From positions 128,682 through 192,681 of the forward strand of contig JADGRH010000003.1 in the NCBI GenBank assembly GCA_017881075.1: a stretch of DNA of 64,000 nucleotides. The letters are read 5' to 3'. Positions 55,018 to 64,000 of this stretch are shown one piece after another. The translations under genes were made by a program, and so were the position numbers. Below the pieces are notes generated by a model. It was not told the DNA's origin. It did not search any database and was given only the letters and a program-made list of their open reading frames with translations. How positions within the stretch are numbered: the first letter of the stretch is position 1; each line of letters starts with the position of its first letter. The stretch is from Minisyncoccota bacterium (GTDB lineage Bacteria; Patescibacteriota; Minisyncoccia; Phycocordibacterales; CAJBRS01).

Positions 55018-55572
55018 CTAACCCCAAAGCCAAATAATGATTGCTTGGGCAACAAAGAGTGTTGCGATCCAGATCGGCGTTGTAAGATAGAAGCGAGGTA
55101 GCTTCTTTGTGGCCGTAATCTGAATGTACTTTGTATGCCAGTTCATCTCTCCTTTGAAAAAACGACGGAGAGCATTTGGAAAATGCCAGTTCAAGAAGAA
55201 GTACAAGAAATCCTCTAATACATTTGCTCCCATCCACACGGCAAGCAAATAGATTACAGGCACCACGGTGATTCCTTCAAATGACAGAATCCAACCATGG
55301 TGTCGCGCTAAGTGAGCGAAGAGAAAATACTCGACGATGTAGATTGTCGGTAATACTCCTCCAAACATCACTAAATGATAGACGCTGATGTAGGCCTTTT
55401 CCATCGACTTTATTATCCACCTAAAGTGAAGCTTCTTGCCCCAAAATGGGCTATAGAATTCTCCACCCCATCCACTCTTGAACCGCTCAAGCCAGATTTC
55501 TAAGATGGCCAAAGGGACTGCGACTGCCAGGATGTTGCCAAAGTACATCGACAACAGAACGAAAATATTCAA
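55018..55572 (-). CDS. Trp-rich multi-pass membrane hypothetical protein
   Basis: 184-aa ORF, AAAGG RBS, YH and EDFLYF motifs, about 4 TMs. Confidence 0.65.
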   Translation of the reverse strand: MNIFVLLSMYFGNILAVAVPLAILEIWLERFKSGWGGEFYSPFWGKKLHFRWIIKSMEKAYISVYHLVMFGGVLPTIYIVEYFLFAHLARHHGWILSFEGITVVPVIYLLAVWMGANVLEDFLYFFLNWHFPNALRRFFKGEMNWHTKYIQITATKKLPRFYLTTPIWIATLFVAQAIIIWLWG

Positions 55573-55628
55573 TGTGCACCGCCTTTCTATGACATACTAT
55601 ATCATATAATTATAAGTATGTCTAATAG

Positions 55629-55704
55629 TGGTGGACCCTACAGGACTCGAACCTGCCACCTCCTCAGTGCAAGTGAGGCGCTCTACCAGATGAGCTAAGG
55701 GCCC
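55629..55704 (-). tRNA. tRNA-Ala(TGC) with encoded CCA
   Basis: gggccct/agggtcc with G3-U70, cctca-ctTGCac-tgagg. Confidence 0.96.
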
Positions 55705-55767
55705 AATATATGAGTATTTTAGTTAATTCCAGACTAAAAGCAATCATCTTCTGCTATAATCCACCAA

Positions 55768-56364
55768 TTGACCAAAGGCAAAATAATCGGTGTGGATTTA
55801 GATGATGTCTTGCTTGATTTTAATGCTGGCATGGCTCTTTACCACAACTCCATTTACGGCACCTCTTTTACCCGCGATCAGATTAAATTTCCTCAACTCG
55901 AGTTGGCCTGGGGTTGCACTCGCGAAGAAGCCCACCAAAGGATTGCTGATTTTTATCAGACGGAAGAACATTCTAATGTTTTGCCGGTGAGAGGAGCCGT
56001 TGAAGCTACTAGAGAATTGGCTAAAAATCATGAGCTAATAATTGTCACCGCTAAACCGCCCGCTTTAAGGGAAAGAACTTTGAAGTGGTTGGATAAACAT
56101 TACCCCGGTATTTTCAAGGATATTCATTTTACCAACCAATTTATTAGCAAGGGAACTGAGAAGATAACAAAAGTGGAAGTATGTGATCAGGAGGGAATTG
56201 AAATTTTTATTGATGACTTTCCGCACAATGCCATTGAAATTGCCGAAAGTGGTCGGAAAGTTTTTCTACTTGATTGTCCGTGGAATCAAATTGAACTACC
56301 CTTCAATATTGTCCGGGTTTATTCCTGGAAAGAGATAGTAGAAAAAATTGGACAAGGTTTATAG
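55768..56364 (+). CDS. HAD-family 5'(3')-deoxyribonucleotidase-like protein
   Basis: GVDLDDVL, IIVTAK, FIDD, PWN. Confidence 0.88.
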   Translation: MTKGKIIGVDLDDVLLDFNAGMALYHNSIYGTSFTRDQIKFPQLELAWGCTREEAHQRIADFYQTEEHSNVLPVRGAVEATRELAKNHELIIVTAKPPALRERTLKWLDKHYPGIFKDIHFTNQFISKGTEKITKVEVCDQEGIEIFIDDFPHNAIEIAESGRKVFLLDCPWNQIELPFNIVRVYSWKEIVEKIGQGL

Positions 56365-56383
56365 TGAGTGATATCGTCTCTTC

Positions 56384-57634
56384 ATGCCCCCTGAAACACA
56401 ATCGGAAGATATAATATTACTTCCCCCTGCTTTAAAACCAAAAACTAAAACCAGAACTAGGAAAAAAGTGGAAAGCCCCGCCAATTTACCTGTCGGCGAA
56501 TCTAGCTTGATGATAGTCCCAAAACCCCAATCATTTTTTAGAAAATGGGGGAGTCTGATAGTACTCTCATTGGGCTTAGCTATCATCATTATTGATACCA
56601 CTATTTTGAATGCTTCTTTTTTAACCACTAATTATAGCTGGCGTTGGGCTTTACGAGTGAATCTTTTTGTGGTCGCCCTACTTCTAGCTGGACCATATTT
56701 AATTAAGAGTGTTCGACACAAAGACCAAAGACCCGGATTATCCAAATTAGATGATATTGGCATCATTCTTTCGTCTGTCGGATTACTTTCAATTGTTTTT
56801 GCCATTATCGAATCATCCACTTATGGTTGGTGGAGGGCTAAAGAGGTTTTTAGCATTGGCAACCAGACTTTTCCTCTTAGTGGAAATTTTTCTATCGTCT
56901 TGCCAGCTTTAATTTATGGAATAATTGTTTTAGCATTATTTTTTTGGTGGGAAAATTATACTGAAAAGAAAAATAATATGCCGTTAGTTTCACTTTCTAT
57001 ATTTCGAAATCGTCAATTTACCACCGGCGCCATCACTACAGCTCTTATGACCATGAGCTTTGCCGGAATACTCTTTTCAGTGCCGATTTTTCTCCAAGCA
57101 GTGAGACATCTCGATGCTATTCATACCGGCTTAGCTCTGCTCCCCATGTTTCTTGGTATTTTAATAACAGCCCCTTTGGCCGCTTTTCTTAGTAATCGCA
57201 TTCCGCCGAAAAAATTAATTCAAGCTGGATTTATCATTAATCTTATTGGGTTATCCGTTCTTTATTTAAGTTTGAATGTTAACGCTACGGTTTGGACTCT
57301 GGCTCCCGGCCTTGCCATTTTCGGTCTCGGTATGGGATTTATTTTTTCTCAATTAAACAATCTGACCCTTTCAGCAGTTTCGGTAAGCGAAGCCGGAGAA
57401 GCCTCCGGTCTTAGCAACACCCTCCGACAGCTTGGCCAAACTTTGGGGTTCGCAATGATCGGGGCCGTTTTAATTTCCAGTCTGAGTGTCAATTTAATCA
57501 AGGGCGTAGACGCCAGTACGACCATAGTGAAAGGCAACCAGGAGGCCTTGGTTTATTCCATTCTTTTTACTATTTGGGCTTTTGTCTTTTCATTCAGTCT
57601 GCCTAAGGTCAAACTCATTTCAGATACTGTTTGA
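56384..57634 (+). CDS. DHA2-type MFS transporter with an apparent internal deletion
   Basis: IDTTILN directly followed by FLTTNYSWRW; PLVSLSIFRNRQF; ASGLSNTLRQLG. Confidence 0.75.
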   Translation: MPPETQSEDIILLPPALKPKTKTRTRKKVESPANLPVGESSLMIVPKPQSFFRKWGSLIVLSLGLAIIIIDTTILNASFLTTNYSWRWALRVNLFVVALLLAGPYLIKSVRHKDQRPGLSKLDDIGIILSSVGLLSIVFAIIESSTYGWWRAKEVFSIGNQTFPLSGNFSIVLPALIYGIIVLALFFWWENYTEKKNNMPLVSLSIFRNRQFTTGAITTALMTMSFAGILFSVPIFLQAVRHLDAIHTGLALLPMFLGILITAPLAAFLSNRIPPKKLIQAGFIINLIGLSVLYLSLNVNATVWTLAPGLAIFGLGMGFIFSQLNNLTLSAVSVSEAGEASGLSNTLRQLGQTLGFAMIGAVLISSLSVNLIKGVDASTTIVKGNQEALVYSILFTIWAFVFSFSLPKVKLISDTV

Positions 57635-58385
57635 TTTTAGCCACGTGCTCCTCATATGTTTTTGAACAATGAATGACACGATTTTTATCATGAAAATAAA
57701 AAATACAATCGGTGCTTATCGGATTGAAGGCGGCGTCAATAGCAGCCAGACCGGGATTAGAAATAGCTGATGGAGGTAAACCCTCATTTTTGTAGGTGTT
57801 GTAGGGTGAGTTGATCTTTTTGTCAGCCGGTAGCACTTGTGGCCACCAGCCGTTAGCGTTAGTTCCTTTGGCATATTGCAAAGTGGCATCCATGTCCAGG
57901 CTTATACCCTGGAAAAGACGATTCCATATAATTCCAGAAATTAAATTCATATCGTTCTTACCGGCCGCTTCGCGCTGAATAATAGAAGCGATCTTCACTG
58001 CCGTGTCCAGATTAATAATTTTTTTGCCGGAGTTGGTCACTTCTGGTTTAACCTCCTGATTAAACTTATCAATCATTTTTTGACCGACATCCTTGCCTGT
58101 AGCATAAGCAGAAACTAAATATGTTTCCGGGAAGTAATAACCCTCCACGTTTACTTCAAAATCTTTCTTATTTTGATCGTTCCAGGCCAGTGCTTTGGCG
58201 TAGATATCCACAATTTGCTCTTTGCGTAAACCGGGTTCAATATGGACCGCTCGGAGATATGGGTTGGCCAGATTTTGATAGGCTTCCAAAAAACTCATCC
58301 CATTTGAAAGAAGATATCCACCACGAAACATTATCAAAGCTAATAAAAAAAGACCGATCCATGCCAGAGATGCTTTGACCCTCAT
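57615..58385 (-). CDS. mltG: endolytic transglycosylase MltG-like
   Basis: EGYYFPETY, ASIIQRE, LDMDATLQY, SPYNTY..GLPPSAISNPG. Confidence 0.88.
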   Translation of the reverse strand: MRVKASLAWIGLFLLALIMFRGGYLLSNGMSFLEAYQNLANPYLRAVHIEPGLRKEQIVDIYAKALAWNDQNKKDFEVNVEGYYFPETYLVSAYATGKDVGQKMIDKFNQEVKPEVTNSGKKIINLDTAVKIASIIQREAAGKNDMNLISGIIWNRLFQGISLDMDATLQYAKGTNANGWWPQVLPADKKINSPYNTYKNEGLPPSAISNPGLAAIDAAFNPISTDCIFYFHDKNRVIHCSKTYEEHVAKIKQYLK

Positions 58386-58424
58386 TGATATATTATATAC
58401 TATAGGCTCAATACTAATAAATAT

Positions 58425-58928
58425 ATGTCTAATAAATTCAGCCAAACACGTAAAAATTTTCCCATCAGCCGTCGCTTAATTCTAAAGAGAACTGCTGAAG
58501 CTACCGTTCTTCTAGTAATCTTGCTTTTAGTGATGTATTTCTTTGGCATTTCCACCTTTGAGCTCAACTTTAACCAAACAAGCATTGTGGTGGGCAGTGC
58601 TATTTTGTCTGTTATTATTATTGCTCTTTTATATGAAAAGGCCTATTTCTCAACCTATTTTTACGAATTAACCGAAAATTACATCATCATTAAAAAAGAT
58701 CCAGTAATGCCCCGAGAGATAACAGTTCCTTATGACAGAATCACCTCGGTAACCATTGATCGCGACATTTTTGATTTCTTGCTCGGCCTTTGTGATCTGC
58801 ATATCAGTACCGAAAATGCCGCTTTTCTCGGAATGGAAGCCCACATTGACGGACTTACCCGCGCCGCGGCCAATGGTCTTCAGGGGGTGCTCCAAACTAA
58901 AATGATGGAAACCAAGAAAAATTTGTAA
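58425..58928 (+). CDS. membrane protein with bacterial PH domain
   Basis: two TMs, YELTE..IIIKK, VPYDRI..V...IFDFLLGL..LHIST. Confidence 0.8.
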   Translation: MSNKFSQTRKNFPISRRLILKRTAEATVLLVILLLVMYFFGISTFELNFNQTSIVVGSAILSVIIIALLYEKAYFSTYFYELTENYIIIKKDPVMPREITVPYDRITSVTIDRDIFDFLLGLCDLHISTENAAFLGMEAHIDGLTRAAANGLQGVLQTKMMETKKNL

Positions 58929-58951
58929 GAAAAAAGAGAGTTTTACGTCTA
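58924..58951 (+). promoter_or_regulatory. putative autoregulatory ECF promoter
   Basis: TGTAAG-N16-CGTCTA, 5 nt before the sigma ATG. Confidence 0.6.
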
Positions 58952-58956
58952 TAATT

Positions 58957-59472
58957 ATGGTTAAAAAAGCGACGAAGCAACAGTTCTTGGAAGCATATAA
59001 TCAATATGGAGATGCAATCTTCCGATATTGTTTTTATAAGACTTCCAATCGGGAAAAAGCTTTGGATCTGATGCAGGATACCTTTGTTAAAACTTGGGAA
59101 TATATTGTCGCTGGCAAAAAGATTGATAATCTTAAGGCCTTTTTGTACAAGAGTGCCACCAATTTAATCATTGATTGGTTCCGTAAGAAGAAGATGTTGT
59201 CGCTGGATGAGCTCTCGGAATCCGGTTTTGACCCTAGTTTTGATCGAACCGACAGAATGATTAATCAACTAGATGGAGAGATTGCCCTAGAAGCAGTTAA
59301 TTTAATTGAACCAATTTATCGCGACGTTATTGTCATGAGATATGTAGAAGAATTATCCATTAAGGAAATCGCTGATATTCTGGAAGAAAAAGAAAATAAT
59401 ATCTCTGTTCGCCTCAATCGAGGGATGAAAAAATTACGTCAAGTTTTAAATGAACATGAACAACCAATTTGA
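58957..59472 (+). CDS. ECF sigma-70 factor
   Basis: ALDLMQDTFVK, AFLYKSATNLIID, LSIKEIA..L...ENNISVRLNRG. Confidence 0.93.
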   Translation: MVKKATKQQFLEAYNQYGDAIFRYCFYKTSNREKALDLMQDTFVKTWEYIVAGKKIDNLKAFLYKSATNLIIDWFRKKKMLSLDELSESGFDPSFDRTDRMINQLDGEIALEAVNLIEPIYRDVIVMRYVEELSIKEIADILEEKENNISVRLNRGMKKLRQVLNEHEQPI

Positions 59473-60187
59473 TCAATATTTAAAAAGAACCAGAGGAGTC
59501 AAAATGACTCCTGAGGAAAAAGAGAAAACCTTCAACGAACTGAAGGCTCGGGTTCTTGTTACGCCCGAAGGCACCCCATCCTTTCTTCAATCTCATTTCT
59601 CTGGTTACTCATTTCAATTTAGTGGTCAAAAAGTGGCTGTTTTTGTAGTTCTGGCCATTCTCATTTTGACTACCAGTACTTCATTTGCTGCTGGAGGAGC
59701 TCTGCCCGGGGACTTTCTCTACCCGGTTAAAATAAATGTCAATGAAAAAGTGGAGGGTTATATTGCCGAGAAACAAGGAGCCAAACAAGCCTTTGAAGTT
59801 AAGGTTGCCTTGAATCGCTTGAAAGAAGCGGAACAATTACAAACCGAAGGTAGATTAGATGAGAAATCAAAAGAAATCATCACAACTAATTTCGAGCAAC
59901 ATGCCGCCAACGTCCAATTTGAAGAAGGGCTTACCACTTCAGTAGTAGCTACCAGTTCATTAAAAACTCGTTTTCAAGCCGCCCTTGAAAACCATCGAGA
60001 TGTTCTGAAACAATTATCTAATTTATCAAAAAAGAGCGACAAACCGGCTCTCTCATCTTTGATTATGGTTGTTGATAATGAATTGAAAGTCGGATCATCT
60101 ACTGTCACAACTGCGGCAGAAGGCGAGATCAAGGTGGAGTCGGTGAAGGGAATAGATGAGAAACTCAATTTTGACGGCGGGCACTAA
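59450..60187 (+). CDS. putative anti-sigma / DUF5667-like membrane protein
   Basis: overlaps the sigma gene, one TM, ALPGDFLYPVK...RL.EA motif. Confidence 0.7.
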   Translation: MNMNNQFDQYLKRTRGVKMTPEEKEKTFNELKARVLVTPEGTPSFLQSHFSGYSFQFSGQKVAVFVVLAILILTTSTSFAAGGALPGDFLYPVKINVNEKVEGYIAEKQGAKQAFEVKVALNRLKEAEQLQTEGRLDEKSKEIITTNFEQHAANVQFEEGLTTSVVATSSLKTRFQAALENHRDVLKQLSNLSKKSDKPALSSLIMVVDNELKVGSSTVTTAAEGEIKVESVKGIDEKLNFDGGH

Positions 60188-60223
60188 TTTATTTCAGTTA
60201 TCTATGTTTGATATAATCATTTC

Positions 60224-61474
60224 ATGCCCGTTTGTTTCGTTATCTTTGGCATTACCGGCGATTTGTCTCAGACTAAACTGATTCCTTCTATTTTTAATCT
60301 TTATCGAAAAGGAGCCTTACCGAAGAATTTCAAAGTGGTCGGTTACTCTAGGCGAGATATTTCTCCTCAAGATTTCAACACCTACATTCAAAAGATTGTC
60401 GGTAAGAATGATAAGAAATTCCTGAAGCATTTTATTTATGTCCAGGGGCAATTTAATCGGGCGGCCAACTATGGCAAACTGTCGGCCGCCCTATCCAAAA
60501 TCGATGAGAGTGAATTTAAAGAATGTAGCAATAAATTATTCTATCTTGCGGTACCACCGAAGTGGTATGGTCTCATATCAAAACATTTATCCGCTTCAGG
60601 ATTAACCATTCCTTGTGGCGGCAAATTAGGTTGGACTAGAATTTTAGTAGAGAAACCTTTCGGTCATGATATCACTACCGCCCGAAAACTTAATTTGGAG
60701 TTGGCCAAACTTTTTAGAGAGGAGCAGATTTTTCGCATTGATCACTATCTGGGGAAAGAGGCTTATCGGAAAATTTTGGATTTTCGTTTTGTCAGTGGAA
60801 AATTGGAGAGATTTTGGAATCATAAATATATTGAACGAGTAGAGATAGATCTCTTGGAAAAAAAAGGAGTGGGTCGTCGCGCTGCTTTCTATGATCAGGT
60901 CGGAGCTCTAAGAGATGTCGGTCAGAATCATATGCTTCAGATGTTGGCCTTGGTGGCCATGAAGCGGCCGAGAAGTTTTAAGGCGGAAGATATTCGAAAG
61001 GAACGAGCCGGAATTTTAGAAAATATTGAGATCTTTAATCAGTCGGAACTTAAAAAAAATGTTCATCGAGGGCAATATCAAGGTTATAGAGAAGAAAAAG
61101 GAGTAGCTAGAAATTCACAGACAGAAACTTTTTTTGATTTAAACTTAAAGCTTCGGGACAAAAACTGGCGGGGTGTATCATTCAGATTACGAAGTGGCAA
61201 GGCTCTAAAAGAGAATAAGGTAGAAATCAGAATCTATTTTAAAGAAGGTCTTAAAAATATTAACTTTAATTACAGTCATCAAGACAAGAGAAATTCTGCT
61301 GATGCATATGAGAACGTCTTAATGGATTGTGTCTCGGGGGATCAGACTATTTTTACCAGCACCAAGGAGGTGGAGGCGGCTTGGAAATTCATTACTCCGA
61401 TTTTAAAAAAATGGAAAAAACTACCCCTTATTATATATACACAAGGCACATTAAATGATAAATTAGTGACATGA
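60224..61474 (+). CDS. zwf: glucose-6-phosphate 1-dehydrogenase (compact)
   Basis: FGITGDLS, VEKPFG, RIDHYLGKE, RDVGQNHMLQ. Confidence 0.94.
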   Translation: MPVCFVIFGITGDLSQTKLIPSIFNLYRKGALPKNFKVVGYSRRDISPQDFNTYIQKIVGKNDKKFLKHFIYVQGQFNRAANYGKLSAALSKIDESEFKECSNKLFYLAVPPKWYGLISKHLSASGLTIPCGGKLGWTRILVEKPFGHDITTARKLNLELAKLFREEQIFRIDHYLGKEAYRKILDFRFVSGKLERFWNHKYIERVEIDLLEKKGVGRRAAFYDQVGALRDVGQNHMLQMLALVAMKRPRSFKAEDIRKERAGILENIEIFNQSELKKNVHRGQYQGYREEKGVARNSQTETFFDLNLKLRDKNWRGVSFRLRSGKALKENKVEIRIYFKEGLKNINFNYSHQDKRNSADAYENVLMDCVSGDQTIFTSTKEVEAAWKFITPILKKWKKLPLIIYTQGTLNDKLVT

Positions 61475-62043
61475 AGATTTATATTTTACAAGGTAACCCT
61501 GATAATGAGACCATCTGCGGTTCTTTTGCCGATCATTATGAAAAAGGGGCTAAGGAAGCAGGGCATGAAGTGAGACGCGCTAACATTGGAGAACTTAAAT
61601 TTGACCCTATCCTTCATAAAGGATACAAAGCCATTCAAACACTTGAGCCGGATCTATTGAAGGTTCAGGAAGATATGAAATGGGCTGATCATATTGTCCT
61701 CTTTTATCCAATGTGGTGGTCATCAATGCCAGCTATTCTTAAGGGCATGTTTGACCGGATGTTTTTACCTGGCTTCGCCTATCATTTTCGTGAACATGAT
61801 ATGGGCTGGCACGGCCTCCTTCACGGCCGATCGGCGCACGTCTTCATCACTATGGATTCATGGCCGATCCTTCAGCGCATTCTTTTCGGCGATTCCACTA
61901 ACGAGATCGGCCGTGCCATCCTAAAATTCTCCGGTATTCATCCGGTTAAAATTAAAAAAATAGGCCCAATCAAGGGTATGTCTACCGAGCATCTTAATAA
62001 GTGGAACGACGAGATGTATTTATTTGGGAAGAAAGGGAAGTAG
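61471..62043 (+). CDS. flavodoxin-fold NAD(P)H-dependent oxidoreductase
   Basis: GNPD, WADHIVLFYPMWWSSMPAILKGMFDR. Confidence 0.9.
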   Translation: MKIYILQGNPDNETICGSFADHYEKGAKEAGHEVRRANIGELKFDPILHKGYKAIQTLEPDLLKVQEDMKWADHIVLFYPMWWSSMPAILKGMFDRMFLPGFAYHFREHDMGWHGLLHGRSAHVFITMDSWPILQRILFGDSTNEIGRAILKFSGIHPVKIKKIGPIKGMSTEHLNKWNDEMYLFGKKGK

Positions 62044-62049
62044 CTTTCT

Positions 62050-62949
62050 TTAATCAAAAATCTTGATTAGATACTTATCAAGCTCACGTTGGTCAAGGTC
62101 ATAAAAATATTTATTTTCATCTTGAAGGTCGCTAGCCAAAGTCCGGCCGACAAAACGCCAATGCCACGGTTCGTATTTATAGTATGCATTTCCGGCAGGA
62201 TAGGAGAGTATGAATCCAAAACGGTAAGCATTATCGAGCAACCATTGATATGCGGTGGTTGTTTTAAAACCATCGGTAGCACCAGGGTAGGCCGGCGTTC
62301 CAAAATCAAGGGCCGTTCCCATCTGATGTTCTGAATAACCTTGATCAGCCGAAAATTGATTGGAGGTTCCGGCCCCGTAAGTAACAACATAGGTTGATTT
62401 CAAAGATTTCTGATCCTGGAAAGATCTATAGGCAGAAACTACTCGAAGTGGAATGTCATCGTCGCTTGCTGCTTGAAGCATGTCATCAAGAAAAGGTTGT
62501 ACTTGGGTTAGAATCTTAAGCGGATGTAGTGGGTTGGCAAGATATTGAGTATCTATATCTGAAAGGGAAGGGGGAACGTAATTTTCATTCAAAAAATAGA
62601 TTTTAGAATATTTTTTTAAGAGTTCAGGATCAATAGTGGTAAGTTTCGTTAGAGTATCAATTTTTTTCTCATCTTTCGTTTGTGCTCTTTCCAGATCCAG
62701 CTTTGCTTTTTGGGTATCGCTAAGTACGCCGTTGAGACTAGTGTTTTCTCCTAATACTTCCGCATATTTGGCATTTAAATCACTCATGGCCACCGTGCTT
62801 GAGGCTAGAGAACCTTTTGCATCTTTCAATTGAGAAGAGAGGAAGAAAATCTCAAAAATACTAAAAATTACCCCGCCCACCACGAGGGTAATAACCGTGG
62901 TCAGCAAAAGGCTCTTGGGTGACGGTTTAGCCAGTAATTTGTTTTTCAC
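62050..62949 (-). CDS. M15B/VanY-type D,D-carboxypeptidase with TM and coiled coil
   Basis: SAYRS, SEHQMGTALD, YEPWHWRFVG. Confidence 0.92.
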   Translation of the reverse strand: MKNKLLAKPSPKSLLLTTVITLVVGGVIFSIFEIFFLSSQLKDAKGSLASSTVAMSDLNAKYAEVLGENTSLNGVLSDTQKAKLDLERAQTKDEKKIDTLTKLTTIDPELLKKYSKIYFLNENYVPPSLSDIDTQYLANPLHPLKILTQVQPFLDDMLQAASDDDIPLRVVSAYRSFQDQKSLKSTYVVTYGAGTSNQFSADQGYSEHQMGTALDFGTPAYPGATDGFKTTTAYQWLLDNAYRFGFILSYPAGNAYYKYEPWHWRFVGRTLASDLQDENKYFYDLDQRELDKYLIKIFD

Positions 62950-62990
62950 GATTTTGCCATTATAACAGAAGTAACTCCTTCAAATACAGA

Positions 62991-63014
62991 GTTCGAGTCC
63001 CAGACCCCCAACCA
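62991..63014 (+). pseudogene. tRNA 3'-end remnant (positions 53-76)
   Basis: GTTCGAGTCCCAGACCCCCAACCA places the T-loop and CCA at exact tRNA spacing, with no upstream cloverleaf. Confidence 0.5.
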
Positions 63015-63065
63015 ACACATTACACACCGAGTGATCGAGACTCTCAAGTCTGATAAAATAATCCC

Positions 63066-63314
63066 ATGCTCCACCACGTCTACATCCTCCAATGCGCCGA
63101 CAAGACATTATATGTCGGCGCAACTAATGATCTCGAAAAGCGACTGCATCAACACAATAATTTGAAAGGAGGGGCTCATTACACCAAGATCCGCAGGCCG
63201 GTAAAGCTTTTGTATTCCGAAAAATTTAGGACTTTAAAAAGAGCTCGCGCCAGAGAGGTCTCTATCAAACATCTAAAAAGGGAAGAGAAATTAGAGTTAG
63301 TTAGAGGCAAGTAA
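63066..63314 (+). CDS. small stand-alone GIY-YIG nuclease
   Basis: HVYILQCAD.TLYVG.TNDL..RL.QHN, YTK.RRP, A.ARE..IK. Confidence 0.92.
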   Translation: MLHHVYILQCADKTLYVGATNDLEKRLHQHNNLKGGAHYTKIRRPVKLLYSEKFRTLKRARAREVSIKHLKREEKLELVRGK

Positions 63315-63373
63315 GATAAAATATTTATGAAGACCACATTTGCATTTTAGGAAAGGGTATTTAGAATGGAAAG

Positions 63374-63697
63374 ATGAAAAAGTTTTATTTCCCAATTCCA
63401 ATAGAAGAGATTGCTACCAAGACCTATGTTGATCGGGAAGTAAATGCTAGTATACAACATGCAATGGGCATAATACAAGAATATTTTGATGATCAGTTTC
63501 GAGCCGTAAAAGATAACTTTGCTTTTCAAAATGAGAGAATGGAGCGATTTGAATTGGAAACCGGCCGAAGATTTAAATTTGTTCAGAATAGACTAGACGA
63601 CATAGCGATTGAAGCAGGTAATTTTCAGACAGAGACCAGAACTAATTTTCAACTGGTTCTTAGTGAGGTCAGAGAATTAAAAGAAAAAATCTTCTGA
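63374..63697 (+). CDS. hypothetical coiled-coil protein
   Basis: 107-aa ORF, IATKTYVD and a heptad pattern. Confidence 0.6.
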   Translation: MKKFYFPIPIEEIATKTYVDREVNASIQHAMGIIQEYFDDQFRAVKDNFAFQNERMERFELETGRRFKFVQNRLDDIAIEAGNFQTETRTNFQLVLSEVRELKEKIF

Positions 63698-63732
63698 ATT
63701 TGTATAAAAAATGAAGATCCTTGGATCAGTTT

Positions 63733-64000
63733 ATGAATATTAAAGACAAAATAATTATTGTAACCGGGGCTTCCATGGGAATTGGAGAAGCGACGGCTAG
63801 AGAGCTAAGTAAAAGAGGGGCAAAAGTGGTTCTGGCCGCTCGATCGCTCGACAGACTTAGCAATCTGGAAAAGGAATTGCCGGGAAGTTTTGCCATTTTG
63901 ACCGATATGACAGATGGAGAATCCATTAAGAAAATGGTTAGAGAAACCATTCAAAAATTTGGCAGAATTGATTGTTTGGTAAATAACGCCGGAAGAGGAA
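63733..64000 (+). CDS. SDR-family oxidoreductase (3' end outside the window)
   Basis: MNIKDKIIIVTGASMGIG...LAARS...FGRIDCLVNNAG. Confidence 0.92.
   Translation, partial: MNIKDKIIIVTGASMGIGEATARELSKRGAKVVLAARSLDRLSNLEKELPGSFAILTDMTDGESIKKMVRETIQKFGRIDCLVNNAGRG

Overview
Core chromosome of a small-genome bacterium, most consistent with Patescibacteria/CPR (Parcubacteria-like). This is an inference from the short IF-2, compact GyrA/UvrC/AtpC/DnaX, tandem VirB2/TrbC-like pilin array and many SD-less, apparently leaderless starts; TGA is used as stop. The window holds gyrA, a six-pilin array, infB/rbfA, iscS, clpB, rpmG, miaA, parB, topA, dprA, serS, a Dus gene, dnaX, tgt, a complete F1Fo operon, uvrB/uvrA/uvrC, ddl, an ECF sigma with a putative anti-sigma, zwf and nine tRNAs. 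The most striking unexplained features are non-coding. (1) A ~550-nt, hairpin-dense, ORF-poor unit with its own promoter and terminator lies on the minus strand between uvrB and uvrA and is a candidate large ornate ncRNA; two smaller promoter-terminator ncRNA candidates also occur. (2) A three-copy hairpin element has a nearly invariant 35-nt head on different but self-complementary stems. (3) At least five families of palindromic elements sit in frame inside topA, uvrB, uvrC, dus and iscS. (4) A double-motif LAGLIDADG ORF has its only upstream canonical start codons inside an intact tRNA-Leu. (5) An ECF-type promoter motif is shared by the ECF gene and a distant operon. All calls were made by eye; no searches or folding programs were run.
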